A DNA stretch of 64,000 nucleotides from Macrostomum lignano (taxonomy: Eukaryota), in the NCBI GenBank assembly GCA_002269645.1, contig NIVC01002036.1, positions 146,404-210,403 on the forward strand, given 5' to 3'. Shown here one piece after another: positions 37,084-49,156 of the stretch (its first letter is position 1; every line of letters starts with the position of its first letter). Under the pieces are notes generated by a model. That model worked only from the letters and a program-made list of their open reading frames with translations. It made no database searches and was not told the DNA's origin. The translations under genes were made by a program, and so were the position numbers.

Positions 37084-40000
37084 ATGCAATCCGACGCCAA
37101 TGCAGAGACTCGGACTTCATCAGTTCGCAAGTGGCTGCATGAGCAGAACAGTCCAGAAGAGATCAGAGACCCGGCTACCGGATGGACTCAACTTCATTCG
37201 GCAGTGTGGCGCAATGAAATTGAAACGGTTCGCTCCCTGATCGAAGCCATGGCTGATGTCGATGCAACCACAACAAACGGATCAACGGCCGTGCACTTGG
37301 CTGTTCGCCGAGGTCATCTGCAAGCTCTGCGCTTGCTGATGGCAGCTCAGGCGGATTCAAGCCTCGCAACATTGTCCGGCGAGACCCCAGTGACCGAGGC
37401 TGCTGCCCTGTGCAATTCCGAGATGGTGCAGCTCCTCCTATCCGAGCTCTGCCCTGTATCGGAGATGCAACTAAACTTGTCGCTATTCACAGCCGCCCTC
37501 AACTGCGATTTAAGTGCTGCGGTGGCTCTAGTACAGGCCGGGGCGGACTTGAACTTTCAAACAGCCGTTTGTTTTCCGGTTGGCAATGTTGGTCGTCTTC
37601 AGGCAAGCAATAATCGCCGAGAACGAGCTATCAACTCCGCGGGAAACACTATCCTTCAAGCTGCCGTTTTGGGTGGCAGTCCTTCGGTAGTCAGCTTATT
37701 GGTAGCCAACATGACCGATGTCGATCTTGCAAACGATGACGGGATATCAGCACTGCAAAATGCGGTGCTGGTTGGAAACGCCGAACTTGTTTCGATTCTG
37801 CTGGCAGCTCAAGCCAGTGCGAATGCCAAAGATTCGATTGGCTGGTCGGCGCTCAGCGTCGCTGCAGAAGATGGACTTGATAATATCGTTGCAGCTCTTA
37901 TCGCTAGCAACAGCTCGGTTGATAGGTGCAACAATCGTCAATTGACTCCTCTCCACTACGCTTCGCAGAATGGGCACTTGACTGTGGTGAAGGCGCTAAT
38001 TAAGGCCGGAGCAAACATTCAGTGCTCAGACAGCAACCAATCGACACCCCTACACAGTGCAGCGATGAGTGGACACGCCAAAGTCGTGGCCGTCCTAATT
38101 TCCGCCGGGGCCGATGTCAACAGTCCTGATTCGAGTGGAGATTCGCCAATTTTCATGGCAGCTCAGCACGGCTACGATCGCATTGTATCGCTGCTGATAG
38201 AAAATGGTGCATACGTCGACATGCAAGAGAACGCAGGCGATTCGCCTTTGCAGTTCGCAGCTAATCACGGCCACGCTGACGTCGTGTCGATGCTGATCGA
38301 ATCTGGGGCAGAAATCGATCTTAGGGAAAGCATCGGTTGGACCGCCTTGCACGTTGTTTCCCAGCAGAGCAAAGCCGCAGTTGCCGAAGTGCTGATCAAG
38401 GCCGGCTGTCAAATTGACATTCGCGAATTTGATGGATGGACTCCGCTTCACGTGGCCATGCTGCAAGGCGGGCCAACTGATGTTGTTGCTAAGCTTATTG
38501 AAGCAGGGGCCAATGTAGAACTTGTTGACAAAGATGGCTGGTCACCTCTTCACTTTGCTGCAGCATTTGGCCAGTTTCACCTCATCGAGCTCTTCTGGAA
38601 TCCGAAGACTTGTCAGACAGCTGCTGGTTCCTGTCGGCAGGACATCGAATTCCGCGACGAATTTACTGATGAGGCGACAGAGGACAGGCAACTCTCAGTC
38701 AAACTGTCCTCCGCCATGTCTGATGCGGGATTCAACCAAGCAGCAGCCACTTTACAGGTGGGCTCAGGCGCGGTTCTTCAAGACCTGATCAGGCTGAGGT
38801 GCGAGTGCAGGGACTTCTTCGTCTTTGGAAGCTTTGCCGACGGTTGGGGCAGCAGTCTGACGGGAATCGATGGTCGGATCGATGACGACTCAGACATCGA
38901 CATTACAAGAATTTTGGCCGGAACAAAGCTGCATATTGTCAGCTCGCTTGACTCGGACAGCAACGCCACCTGCCCTAACGAATGCACACCGGTTCGTTAC
39001 GAGAATGGACATGTCGAGTTTCTCATCAATGGTGAGCTTATTGAATTCTCCTAAAGTCCCCAACCACTCTACGTTGTATCAAACTTTTCAACTCCATACA
39101 CGGATAGATTTTTGTGCTCTCAGCACCCAGCTCCCAAGCACCCAGCTACAGCTCTTGCCCTTGGGTCTCATTCAGGAGCTCCCGTCCCACCTCCGTAGTA
39201 TAGCATCAGGGAGCAGCAGGAGCTACTCACGCTTGCCCGGTAACCAAACCAATCAGTCATGCGAACTCTTAGCAAGCCGGTTCTAGCTGTTGGCATGAGG
39301 ATGAGACCCTCGGCATTTATTCTCAGCCTCAGACAGTAATGAATGGGGCTGCAAAAGAAAAATGCCAGAATTCACTACACCAGTTTTACAGCAGCTGGCA
39401 ATTATGGAACGTTTCGAAATGTAACAATACTAGCTAACTCCCACCATCACTTCAGTTACGAGGCCAAATCAAATGAACGAGGGATCGCCCTTGTGCCCCG
39501 CAATCGATGAGATTCGAGCCCACCCGTGCTGCAACTACCCACCAGTGCAGGTGCTGCAGCCCTCCTATCGGTCTCGCATGCCAGACGTTATGCTTGAGGC
39601 CTTGCGCGGCTGCCTGCAAAACTCGGAGTGCCATGCAGTCTCGGCCTCACCGCCGGGAATGGCTGGCAGCCGCATGCGCGTCAGCACCACGCATCTCGAG
39701 CGAGCAGTGATGCAGCGTCTCTCCACTGTTCAAGGACAGCTGTTTATCGTCTTAAAGTACCTCATCAAGAAAGTGATAGCAAAGCAAGCCACTGGAATAA
39801 AGACCTACCATGCTAAAAACCTGCTTTTCTATATGCTCGACGAGACTCCGAAAGAGCTCTGGAAGCCAGAAAACTTGCTGCTGCTAGTTCGACTGTCACT
39901 ACAGCTGTTGCAAGAGGGTCTCCGAACGGTGACGCAGAGTAGGAGCGAGTGCATGAGGCACTTCTTCCTGCGGGACGCCGCAGTGTACTTGCGCGGCGAT

Positions 40001-40852
40001 CACCAGTCCAAAGAGGTGATCAGTCGCGTGGTGACAGGTGTGCTGTCAGATTTGCCGGACCTGCTCGCAAAGTACAAAAGTATTCTGCGAATCCAAGCCT
40101 CGGGCGGCGTGATCAGGTTTCACCCTTTCACGATTCTCATCTCAACATCCGACACGTCTTCTTATTTGGACGAAGCAATCGAACTGCCGTGCCACAGAAT
40201 TTACCCCATCATCAAGCGCGTGATTGCGGAACTGGCTAAAGATGCTGCCGACATGGAGGCTGAATCACAAAATATCGTGGAGAATTTAATCAACAGATTA
40301 TCAGATTGTGCCAGAACGACAAGGGAATGCCTGAGAGCCCTGATGTGTCTGAAATTCGGACTGCCATTGCGCTTGGATGCTGAAGTAAGCCTCCAGTGTG
40401 GCAGTCGAGACATTCACTGTCCACGTGACCAACCCCTATCTGTTGATGAAGCAAAAGTGCTAATTTGGAATCACCTTCAAAGCACCGACTCTGCCGTGAA
40501 ATTCTGCTTCAAGTTTAACGAAAAGCCGGTCTTCGAATTTCTGCCCTGCCACATCAGTGAAGCTTTCCCAGCTCCAACTTACTCCTATACGAACTACTTC
40601 TATGTGAACTTCGACGCACTGATGAAGACTTTGCAGCTGGAGTTCGGCTTGAGCAGTCCAAGCAGTCGTGCTGCTCTGTTTGAAGAACTGCTCAACAGCA
40701 GCGAGCCTGACACACAGGAGCTTCAGATGGCGCTGAACTACTGCCAGGACGATGAGCTGCTGGTCCGCCTGGTGCACAAGCACAGAGACTGCATCGCTGC
40801 CAGCAGACTTTTTGACGAGTTCCTTCGAGAGTACAAGTCTCGGGTAAGCTGA
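37084..40852 (+). CDS. Ankyrin-repeat / Mab21-cGAS-like nucleotidyltransferase (cGLR) fusion protein, 2 exons, 1114 aa
   Basis: Exon 37084-39031 (AATG|gtgagc) and exon 39456-40852 (cacttcag|TT) join in phase 1 (3345 nt). About 13 ankyrin repeats are followed by the NTase motif GSFADGWG...DDDSDIDIT. Exon 2 has AIDEIRAHPCC, CHAV, RVSTTHLE, QLFIVLKYLIK, KTYHAKNLLFYMLD..W..ENL and RHFFL, typical of Mab21/cGAS C-lobes. Confidence 0.85.
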
Positions 40853-41735
40853 AGCTAAAGCCTCAGTTGCACCTGCCATTTGTAAAGCTCATCTGTGCCG
40901 CTCCTGTTTCAGATTGGAATGCTAACAACTTGCGAAAGACTCGCCTTTTCTGCGCTGGGAAGATCTGTGCCTATGCAGGTAAGCGAAATGATTCGATCAT
41001 TTTTGCCTGTTTTGATGCAGTTGTCAACCTTGAATCTGCATTGTCAGCCTGTAATTTGCAGCATCTGCACCAACTGGAGACTTCTGAGTCAGAGGATTCG
41101 AGATGATGTGAGAGCGACATTGTCCAAACAGTTACCTGTATTCATAACTTCTTCTGTTTCAACTGTACTCGCATCTTCTACGGTAGTCTGCTGTAGTGGG
41201 CAGCACAAAAACCTTTGTTCCAGGAAGAGCCAGAAACCATTGATGCACTGATTAACTGGTAGAGTTTGTTTTAAGTCTCTCACTTGTCCTGTAATTATTC
41301 ATTTTTTAATAAATATGAGCTACCAGTCATCATCTTCAGTTCTTCAGGCAGTTTACAATTTGCCAAAACCAACTGGCCTCTTTTTCCTTAAATTATTCAA
41401 AGCATTTTTTCTGTATGCACTTTCAACAACTGCATTAAGGTTTAAAAACGAGCTGAATTACATAAAAACTTTAGCAGCACTTGAAGTTAAAGCGAGTCAT
41501 AATTTTTAGAAGACACTCATGTACTGAGGAGCTGAGGTTGCGCAATATATTTAGCGAAATTGCTCGAACATTGCGCGCGTGTTGTTCTATTTTTACAATT
41601 TTTGCTCAAGCAGAAAGGCATGCAAAGCGAATTCTAGGTGCGTCAAACTTCTCAAGTTTCTAGTTGCCAGACTTGAACTCATCGCAAGTTCGCACAATAT
41701 AGCAGAGTGAGACGGCGGTGCCAAAGTCGCCGAGC

Positions 41736-44700
41736 TCAGTAGACTCTAAGATTGCACATTGCCGATGGCGGAGCACCGGCTGAGCCTGGGCTGGCCACCG
41801 TCCCGCCCGTGCTCGCCTCGATGTAGATGAACCGACCGTACATTGGCTTGCCGCAGGCAACCATTATGCTCTGAGGCTGCGGATTGTGATTGGCTAGTTT
41901 TGAACCATAGACAAAAATTGTTTGGGGCTCTCAAATTGCGTGCATTTAAAGCTTGTGCCAAGCAGAGTGAGTGGACAGACAAGTTGAGTGGACAGACAGG
42001 TTGAGTAGACCGACAGGTTGAGTGGACAGACAGGTTGAGTGAACAGACAGGTTGAGTTGACAGACAGGATGAGGTGGACAGACAGACATACACAGAGTGA
42101 ACGGATAGAGTGAACATATGGTTACAGAATGAGTGGGAATAAACAGAATGAACATGCGGATACAGGGTGAGCAGACAGGCACAGGGTGAGCAGACAGGCA
42201 CAGGGTGAGCAGACAGGCACAGGGTGAGCAGACAGGCACAGGGTGAGCAGACAGACACAGGGTGAGCAGACAGGCACAGGGTGAGCAGACAGACACAGGG
42301 TGAGCAGACAGACACAGGGTGAGCAGACAGGCACAGGGTGAGCAGACAGGCACAGGGTGAGCAGACAGGCACAGGGTGAGCAGACAGGCACAGGGTGAGC
42401 AGACAGGCACAGGGTGAGCAGACAGACACAGGGTGAGCAGACAGACACAGGGTGAGCAGACAGGCACAGGGTGAGCAGACAGGCACAGGGTGAGCAGACA
42501 GACACAGGGTGAGCAGACAGGCACAGGGTGAGCAGACAGACACAGGGTGAGCAGACAGACACAGGGTGAGCAGACAGGCACAGGGTGAGCAGACAGGCAC
42601 AGGGTGAGCAGACAGGCACAGGGTGAGCAGACAGGCACAGGGTGAGCAGACAGACACAGGGTGAGCAGACAGACACAGGGTGAGCAGACAGACACAGGGT
42701 GAGCAGACAGACACAGGGTGAGCAGACAGACACAGGGTGAGCAGACAGACACAGGGTGAGCAGACAGACACGCAGGCAGCATACCCGATCGTGCGGAGGC
42801 GCTCCGGCGCCAGCGCCAGCCTGATCAATCCCGCACAGAAACTTTCTCGCCCCGATCCTGCGCCTGCGCGACCGGCCAGACTTGATCACCTGGCGCGATC
42901 TCCTCGCCACGTACACCTCCAGTCTTCGCTGCGGACCGGCCAGGGTGCCGTCTGTGAAGAAATTAAAGTTTAATGAACACCCTGACTGAGACTCAGGCAT
43001 TTGGCCTCGTCCTCTGCAGTCTGTTGTCTGTCAACCCTCTTGAAACACATGCACTCTAATCCGTTTTGAAAGCCCTACAATTGAGTATAACATAAATATA
43101 AGAACAAAACGCAGATATTCCTACTGGCCGTGAGTAGTACACCCTGTACTAGCATCTTCAATCGTAGATCGACCAGCCATCCCACGACAGACGCGTCGGG
43201 CGACACCTGCACGCAGCCGTTGCCGATGGTGTCGGTTTTGTCCCAGCTGGTGATTCCGTCGGGACTGTCGGCGACTTGCCGCCTCCGGTGCTTGACGCCG
43301 CCGGCAGCGGCGTCGCTGCCCATCCAGGTCGGCTTGTTGAAGGCCAGGTTGGCCAGGCAGCGGCTGGAGTTGCTGACGCGGAAGAAGGCGCCGCCGCCGC
43401 CGCTGGCGCACGAGTCCGTCTGGTGGCAGCCGAGGACGTCAACTCGCATGGCGATACCGCCGTGCCAGTCCACCGGGTGGAAGCGGACGTAGCGGGCGGT
43501 GAAGGGCCGGTACAGGTAGTGCACCCGCTCGCTGTTCCGATTGTGATTTCCGCGGAACAGCTGCGGGTTGGTGCGGCAACACAAAAGCAGAAATTAAAGC
43601 CTTTTAGTGGCCACTTCATCGTGTCCTACCTGCTCCCACTTGCACAAGATGACAGTGTCAATATCCTTGGCATCATCGGTGCAGTATGGGGGCCAGCAGA
43701 GCCAAGCAGAAGAAACGAAAGTCTTTTGATCGCTTTTAGTGCGAGTGCAGTTCAAATGCGAAGTCGAATGTTGCCAGAGTTGCGGCAAAGATAAAATATG
43801 GAAGCGAGTTTGGGCGCGAGCGAATCGCCCACGACTGCAACACTCGAATCGCTACATGGCCTCTTTATCTCGCAATAACCATTAAGCCAGAGATATTCGA
43901 GTCCCCCCAAGCCTGTCGAAGTACTCTATCGAAGAGCTTAATGACGCCTCGAAAGCAGCAATAGGAATGCGAAGAAATGTAATGGACCATCATTAGACTG
44001 CGAAATGATAGCTAAAATGGCTGCGAGTAAAATTGTCTACTTTCTGTTCTATCCTCATCTGCTGGCCTCGCCCTGGCGTCTTTGGGATCATCCGAATTGG
44101 CGGTGGAATGTCGCCGAACTTTGCCTTGCCTTGCGCCGTCATTTACCCCCGCTTCTCCTCTCCTTATCGATGCTTCCGGCCGGCCGTGTTTGCATTTTTA
44201 ACTTGTTGCACGCTGCCCCCGAGCGCATAACGGATTGCGCAAATGCGTAGCGGCCAGTCTTCGAGAAATCCGTGCGCTCTCCTATTGGCATGCACGGAAT
44301 CCGCTAATGGGGGAGACAGAGATGAAGATGCCGACCGATATTCATGTCGCATAGCCCGATCGAGGTTCGCCTTGCCAGCGTGAGAGCCGCGCGCGGCCCT
44401 CAATGCAAGCTGCTGCTGCTGCGGCAGATGCGACAATGATTCTAAGTGGGCGGCCCCGCGCGTTGTGCCAGACGTTCGGGATCATAACTGCATAGCCAAC
44501 CGCTTGCCTTGTGGTCTGTTTATGAACTGCATGTCTGCTGTCCATTCGATAGCTATAAAAATGAAGCCGCTGCTTTAAACATTTTTCTTAAGCAACCGTT
44601 TACCTTGGGCATTAGATGGTTCGCGTCTTTATACAGGGCCCACGACAGTCCGTCGTTGCTGTAGGCAACTCTGTAAGACGTCACCCAGGTGTCCTTCCTG

Positions 44701-47700
44701 CCATCGCCGCGTCCTTTTGTCACCAAGCCGGTAACTCTAGCGGGCGGGCCGAGGTCCACCTCCAGCCACTGCTCGCCTAAAATCCGTGGTCGGGGGTGGG
44801 TGGCGGCTCTGTTCGAGCTGGCTGCACAGTTTTGGTACCCGAGTTCCGCTGCCGCACTAATTCCCACGCCTCCAATTGTTGCTGCCATGATTTGCCATGA
44901 TTTGCCATGATTTGCTGCCAACCGGCATAGTGGCAAGCTTGGGGCTCGTTTTGCATTTTCTCCACTGCCTGTACCCTACCTGTAACCTGCCTGCAACCTA
45001 CACCTGTAACCTGCCTGCAACCTACACCTGTAACCTGCCTGTAACCTGTCTGCAACCTACACCTGTAACCTACCTGTAACCTGTCTGCAACCTACACCTG
45101 TAACCTGCCTGTAACCTGTCTGCAACCTACACCTGTAACCTGCCTGTAACCTGTCTGCAACCTACACCTTTAACCTACCTGTAACCTGTCTGCAACCTAC
45201 AACCTACACCTTTAACCTACCTGTAACCTGCCTGCAACCTACACCTGTAACCTTCCTGTAACCTGCCTGCAACCTACACCTGTAACCTTCCTGTAACCTG
45301 CCTGCAACCTACACCTGTAACCTGCCTGTAACCTGCCTGCAACCTACACCTGTAACCTGCCTGTAACCTGTCTGCAACCTACACCTGTAACCTGCCTGTA
45401 ACCTGTCTGCAACCTACACCTTTAACCTACCTGTAACCTGTCTGCAACCTACAACCTACACCTTTAACCTACCTGTAACCTGCCTGCAACCTACACCTGT
45501 AACCTTCCTGTAACCTGCCTGCAACCTACACCTGTAACCTTCCTGTAACCTGCCTGCAACCTACACCTGTAACCTACCTGTAACCTACTTAGCACTATAC
45601 CTATTGGTGTAGTGCTAAGTCCAGCCCAGTTTCCATCGCAACAAAAACATTGTAAAGTCACTCACTGTTCACCCGCTTGGCGCACCAGGCCTTGCTAGTG
45701 AACAGGTGTCCGTACGAAGCGTCGCAGGTTCGCATTGCACGCCGACCGCGAGAGCTGGAGGCCGTCAACCGAGCGAACGGCGGCTGAGCCAGCGACTTCT
45801 TGCAGGCTGTCGGCAGTCAGTATGATCGGGTTGATGTCATTAGTGTTCGCCTTCACTGTACTTCACTCTGGACTCATTCATATTTCAAATGGATCCTAGT
45901 GATGCCGACTCATTACAGCATTGATTCTGGTGCACTACGGCATTGATGCTGGTTCATTACAGCCCTGATGCTGGTTCATTACAGCATTGATGCTGGTTCA
46001 TTGCAGCCCTGATGCTGGTTCATTACAGCACTGATGCTGGTTCATTACAGCACTGATGCTAGTTCATTACAGCACTGATGCTGGTTCATTACAGCACTGA
46101 TGCTGGTTCATTACAGCCCTGATACTGGTTCATTACAGCCCTGATACTGGTTCATTACAGCCCTGATACTGGTTCATTACAGCCCTGATGCTGGTTCATT
46201 ACAGCCCTGATGCTGGTTCATTACAGCACTGATGCTGGTTCATTACAGCACTGATGCTGGTTCATTACAGCCCTGATGCTAGTTCATTACAGCCCTGATA
46301 CTGGTTCATTACAGCATTGATGCTGGTTCATTACAGCCCTGATGCTGGTTCATTACAGCCCTGATGCTGGTTCATTACAGCACTGATGCTGGTTCATTAC
46401 AGCACTGATGCTGGTTCATTACAGCACTGATGCTGGTTCATTACAGCACTGATGCTGGTTCATTACAGCCCTGATGCTAGTTCATTACAGCCCTGATACT
46501 GGTTCATTACAGCCCTGATGCTGGTTCATTACAGCATTGCAGGCAAAGATACCGGTCCCCAGTAATCCCAAAAGTATTCGTTATTTTAAGATACGACTTT
46601 TTATGCCCGCCTTTGCCTGGGAGCCAAATAATATCCTTAGAAATGCACTTGAAAAAGCAGCAATTTTATCGGCCAGACTGGCAAAGCAGCGCACAGGGCT
46701 TGCCAGTTCAGCCTTGATAATAAAGTCGCAGTCTCCTGCATCGGACTTGCGCAGTCCGATAAGTTGAACCGAGACTTGACTGCGCGCAATCCCATAATTG
46801 GGACAGCCGGGGCTGGCGATTATTACGGGTCTGTAATCTAGCAGTTATAACAAAACAGCAAACTGCCACTGCTGGCGAGCTCACGCTGGCAGCCCAGCAG
46901 CTCCACTCGCATGCTGGGATGGCGGTGAAACTGCAGCGGCTGCAGCCTCACGAACTCGGCCGAGAACGGCCGCTGGAAGAGATTGTGCTTCACCGAATAC
47001 GAGTCCACGTTGCCTTCGAAAATCTGGAAGTTCAGTTGAATTTGACGCCATCAGTGCAAGAGGGCAGCATAAGGATGGGAGAGAGCGGCATTGGCCTGCC
47101 ACCTTCGGCTTCTCACCTTCGGCCTGCCAGCCTCGTCCAGCACGGTCCGCCAGCTTATGGCGTCGCTGCTGTAGTTCACGGCGAACGCGGTGACCCACTC
47201 CTTGCCGTCGCCGCGGCCCTGGGTCATGACCCCCGTCACCGTGGCCTCCGTGCCCAGCGCGATCTGCAGCCACTCGCTGCGGCTGTTGAACTGCGGGCAC
47301 CAGGCCCTCCCGTCACGGCCGTAGAGTCGCGCGTGATGCCCCTGGCAACCGGCGCCCCGAGAGAATTTCTCCGGGAAGCTGGACGAAGCCGTCACCTGCC
47401 AGTCGCGGATTTCGCCCGAAATCATGCCGAGTGGCCCGTCCTGGTTGCCGCAATGGCCGGCGGGGCTGCCTGCTGTGGGATTGGGAGGAAAAATTCAACT
47501 GATCTGCATTAGCTGGTATTGTATCTGCAATAGCTGGTATTGAATCTGCAACAGCTGATATTGAATCTGCAACAGCTGGTATTGTATCTGCAATAGCTGG
47601 TATTGAATCTGCAACAGCTGATATTGAATCTGCAACAGCTGATATTGAATCTGCAATAGCTGGTATTGAATCTGTAACAGCTGGTATTGAATCTGCAACA

Positions 47701-47997
47701 GCTGATATTGAATCTGCAACAGCTGATATTGAATCTGCAACAGCTGATATTGAATCTGCAACAGCTGGTATTGAATCTGCAACAGCTGGTATTGAATCTG
47801 CAACAGCTGATATCGAATCTGCAACAGCTGGTATTGAATCTGCAACAGCTGGTATTGAACTAACTTGAACTAACTGAACTAAAATTGACTTATCGTCCTA
47901 GTGGGATGCTCAGCAACCAAAAAAGCAGTTTATTACCGTGAGCAATGCAGAGAAGACTCAACGCAGTCAGAAGCTGCGCTGCAATCGAATGCCTCAT
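41736..47997 (-). CDS. Secreted protein with two F5/8 type C (discoidin) domains and a C-terminal F-type-lectin-like domain, 8 exons, ~537 aa
   Basis: Exons 47997-47937 (signal peptide MRHSIAAQLLTALSLLCIAHG), 47472(or 47469)-47117, 47023-46885, 45806-45666, 44776-44604, 43560-43125, 42951-42785 and 41876-41736 all have GT-AG ends and are phase-consistent (1614 nt). Discoidin motifs: WLQIALG..VTGVMTQGRG, RVELLGC, WLEVDLG..VTGLVTKGRG, RVDVLGC. Lectin-like motifs: NLAFNKP...WLVDL...GRFIYI...CNLRVY. Confidence 0.88.
41960..42775. repeat. 19-bp minisatellite (ACAGGGTGAGCAGACAG(G/A)C) x ~32 with a degenerate 5' part, in the last intron of the discoidin gene
   Basis: Visible 19-bp period from ~42165. 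Confidence 0.95.
44965..45586. repeat. Compound AACCT-based minisatellite (CACCTGTAACCTGCCTGCAACCTA, 24/35-bp variants) in discoidin intron 4
   Basis: Visible repetition, ending directly at a hairpin (45587-45620). Confidence 0.93.
45935..46540. repeat. 22-bp minisatellite (GCCCTGATGCTGGTTCATTACA) x ~27 in discoidin intron 3
   Basis: Visible 22-bp period. Confidence 0.95.
47500..47870. repeat. 21-bp minisatellite (CTG(G/A)TATTGAATCTGCAACAG) x ~17 in discoidin intron 1
   Basis: Visible 21-bp period. Confidence 0.95.
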
Positions 47998-48039
47998 TGT
48001 ACCAATAAATTTTTTCAATTACTTTATTGCGCTCTTTCT

Positions 48040-48185
48040 TCAGCTGCAGCTTCGCAGGTGAATAAAATCGCTGGAGTTCGCTGAGGTGGCCTCCGGGGAC
48101 CCGCCCCCGTATTTATGGGCCGCCTTGGTGCTGCATGGTGACACGGCCGGCGCGCCCTGCAGCCCTCGGCCAGCCAATCAGCGAC
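48040..48185 (-). promoter_or_regulatory. Candidate core promoter of the discoidin gene
   Basis: On the minus strand, ATTGG (inverted CCAAT, ~48173-48177), a TATA-like CATAAATA (~48108-48115) and a GC box GGGGCGGG precede the ATG at 47997 by ~100-180 bp. This is motif-level evidence only. Confidence 0.4.
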
Positions 48186-48451
48186 TCTCAAAATCCGACT
48201 TTCACTGCCATTAGGGCCGGCATTGAATGCGAAGAATCAAACTGACCTGACATGTTCAATCAGGCCGGCCATCAGTTCCGCTTGAGAGCTTGAAAGTTTT
48301 CCACTTTGGAAACAATTGGGGGCTGTTAGGGATAAAAGGGTCAGCGCAATCTGACAATTATCCCAATGACTGCTGCTGCTTTTTAGAACATTGCTGCTTC
48401 ATCGATGTTGCTGCGAGATTTTCTGGGTTAACTTTATGCATCTGCTGTCGG

Positions 48452-48453
48452 TG

Positions 48454-48550
<97 letters not shown>

Positions 48551-48633
48551 TAGTGTCTGTCTGTCTGTCTGTCTGTCTGTCTTAGTGTCTGTCTGTCGGT
48601 GTGTCTGTCTGTCTTAGTGTCTGTCTGTCTTAG

Positions 48634-48714
<81 letters not shown>

Positions 48715-48717
48715 TAG

Positions 48718-48790
<73 letters not shown>

Positions 48791-48805
48791 TAGTGTCTGT
48801 CTGTA

Positions 48806-48894
<89 letters not shown>

Positions 48895-48917
48895 TAGTGT
48901 CTTTCTGTCTGTCTGTT
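48452..48917. repeat. (TCTG)n microsatellite with GTCTTAGTG interruptions
   Basis: Directly visible. Confidence 0.97.
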
Positions 48918-49156
48918 TTAAGAAATTTGAAGACTGAAGAATACAATAAATTAATTTAAAATGATGAACTTTTTCATGTACATTAAAAAGCTGGTGTTGC
49001 ACCGACAGCACAGCTGCGAGAGCGCAGTAATTTACAGTGTCAAATGAAGTTCATGTTGCAATGCTACAAAACTATCAGGAACATTCTTAACTCAGAGCAA
49101 AATATAAACTTCTGATGAAAGTCCCAGTCTCGGTTGCTCGGGCATGGCGGTCGAAG

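Noticed and set aside
40867-41106. Possible extra cGLR exon after the GTAAGC at 40844
   Set aside because: Would need a 23-bp intron, and no convincing alternative acceptor was found. The read-through stop at 40850-40852 was kept, but a further 3' exon cannot be excluded.
41746-43000. 278-360-aa Cys-rich ORFs
   Set aside because: Mostly the 19-bp intronic repeat; only the true exon parts (42951-42785, 41876-41736) were retained.
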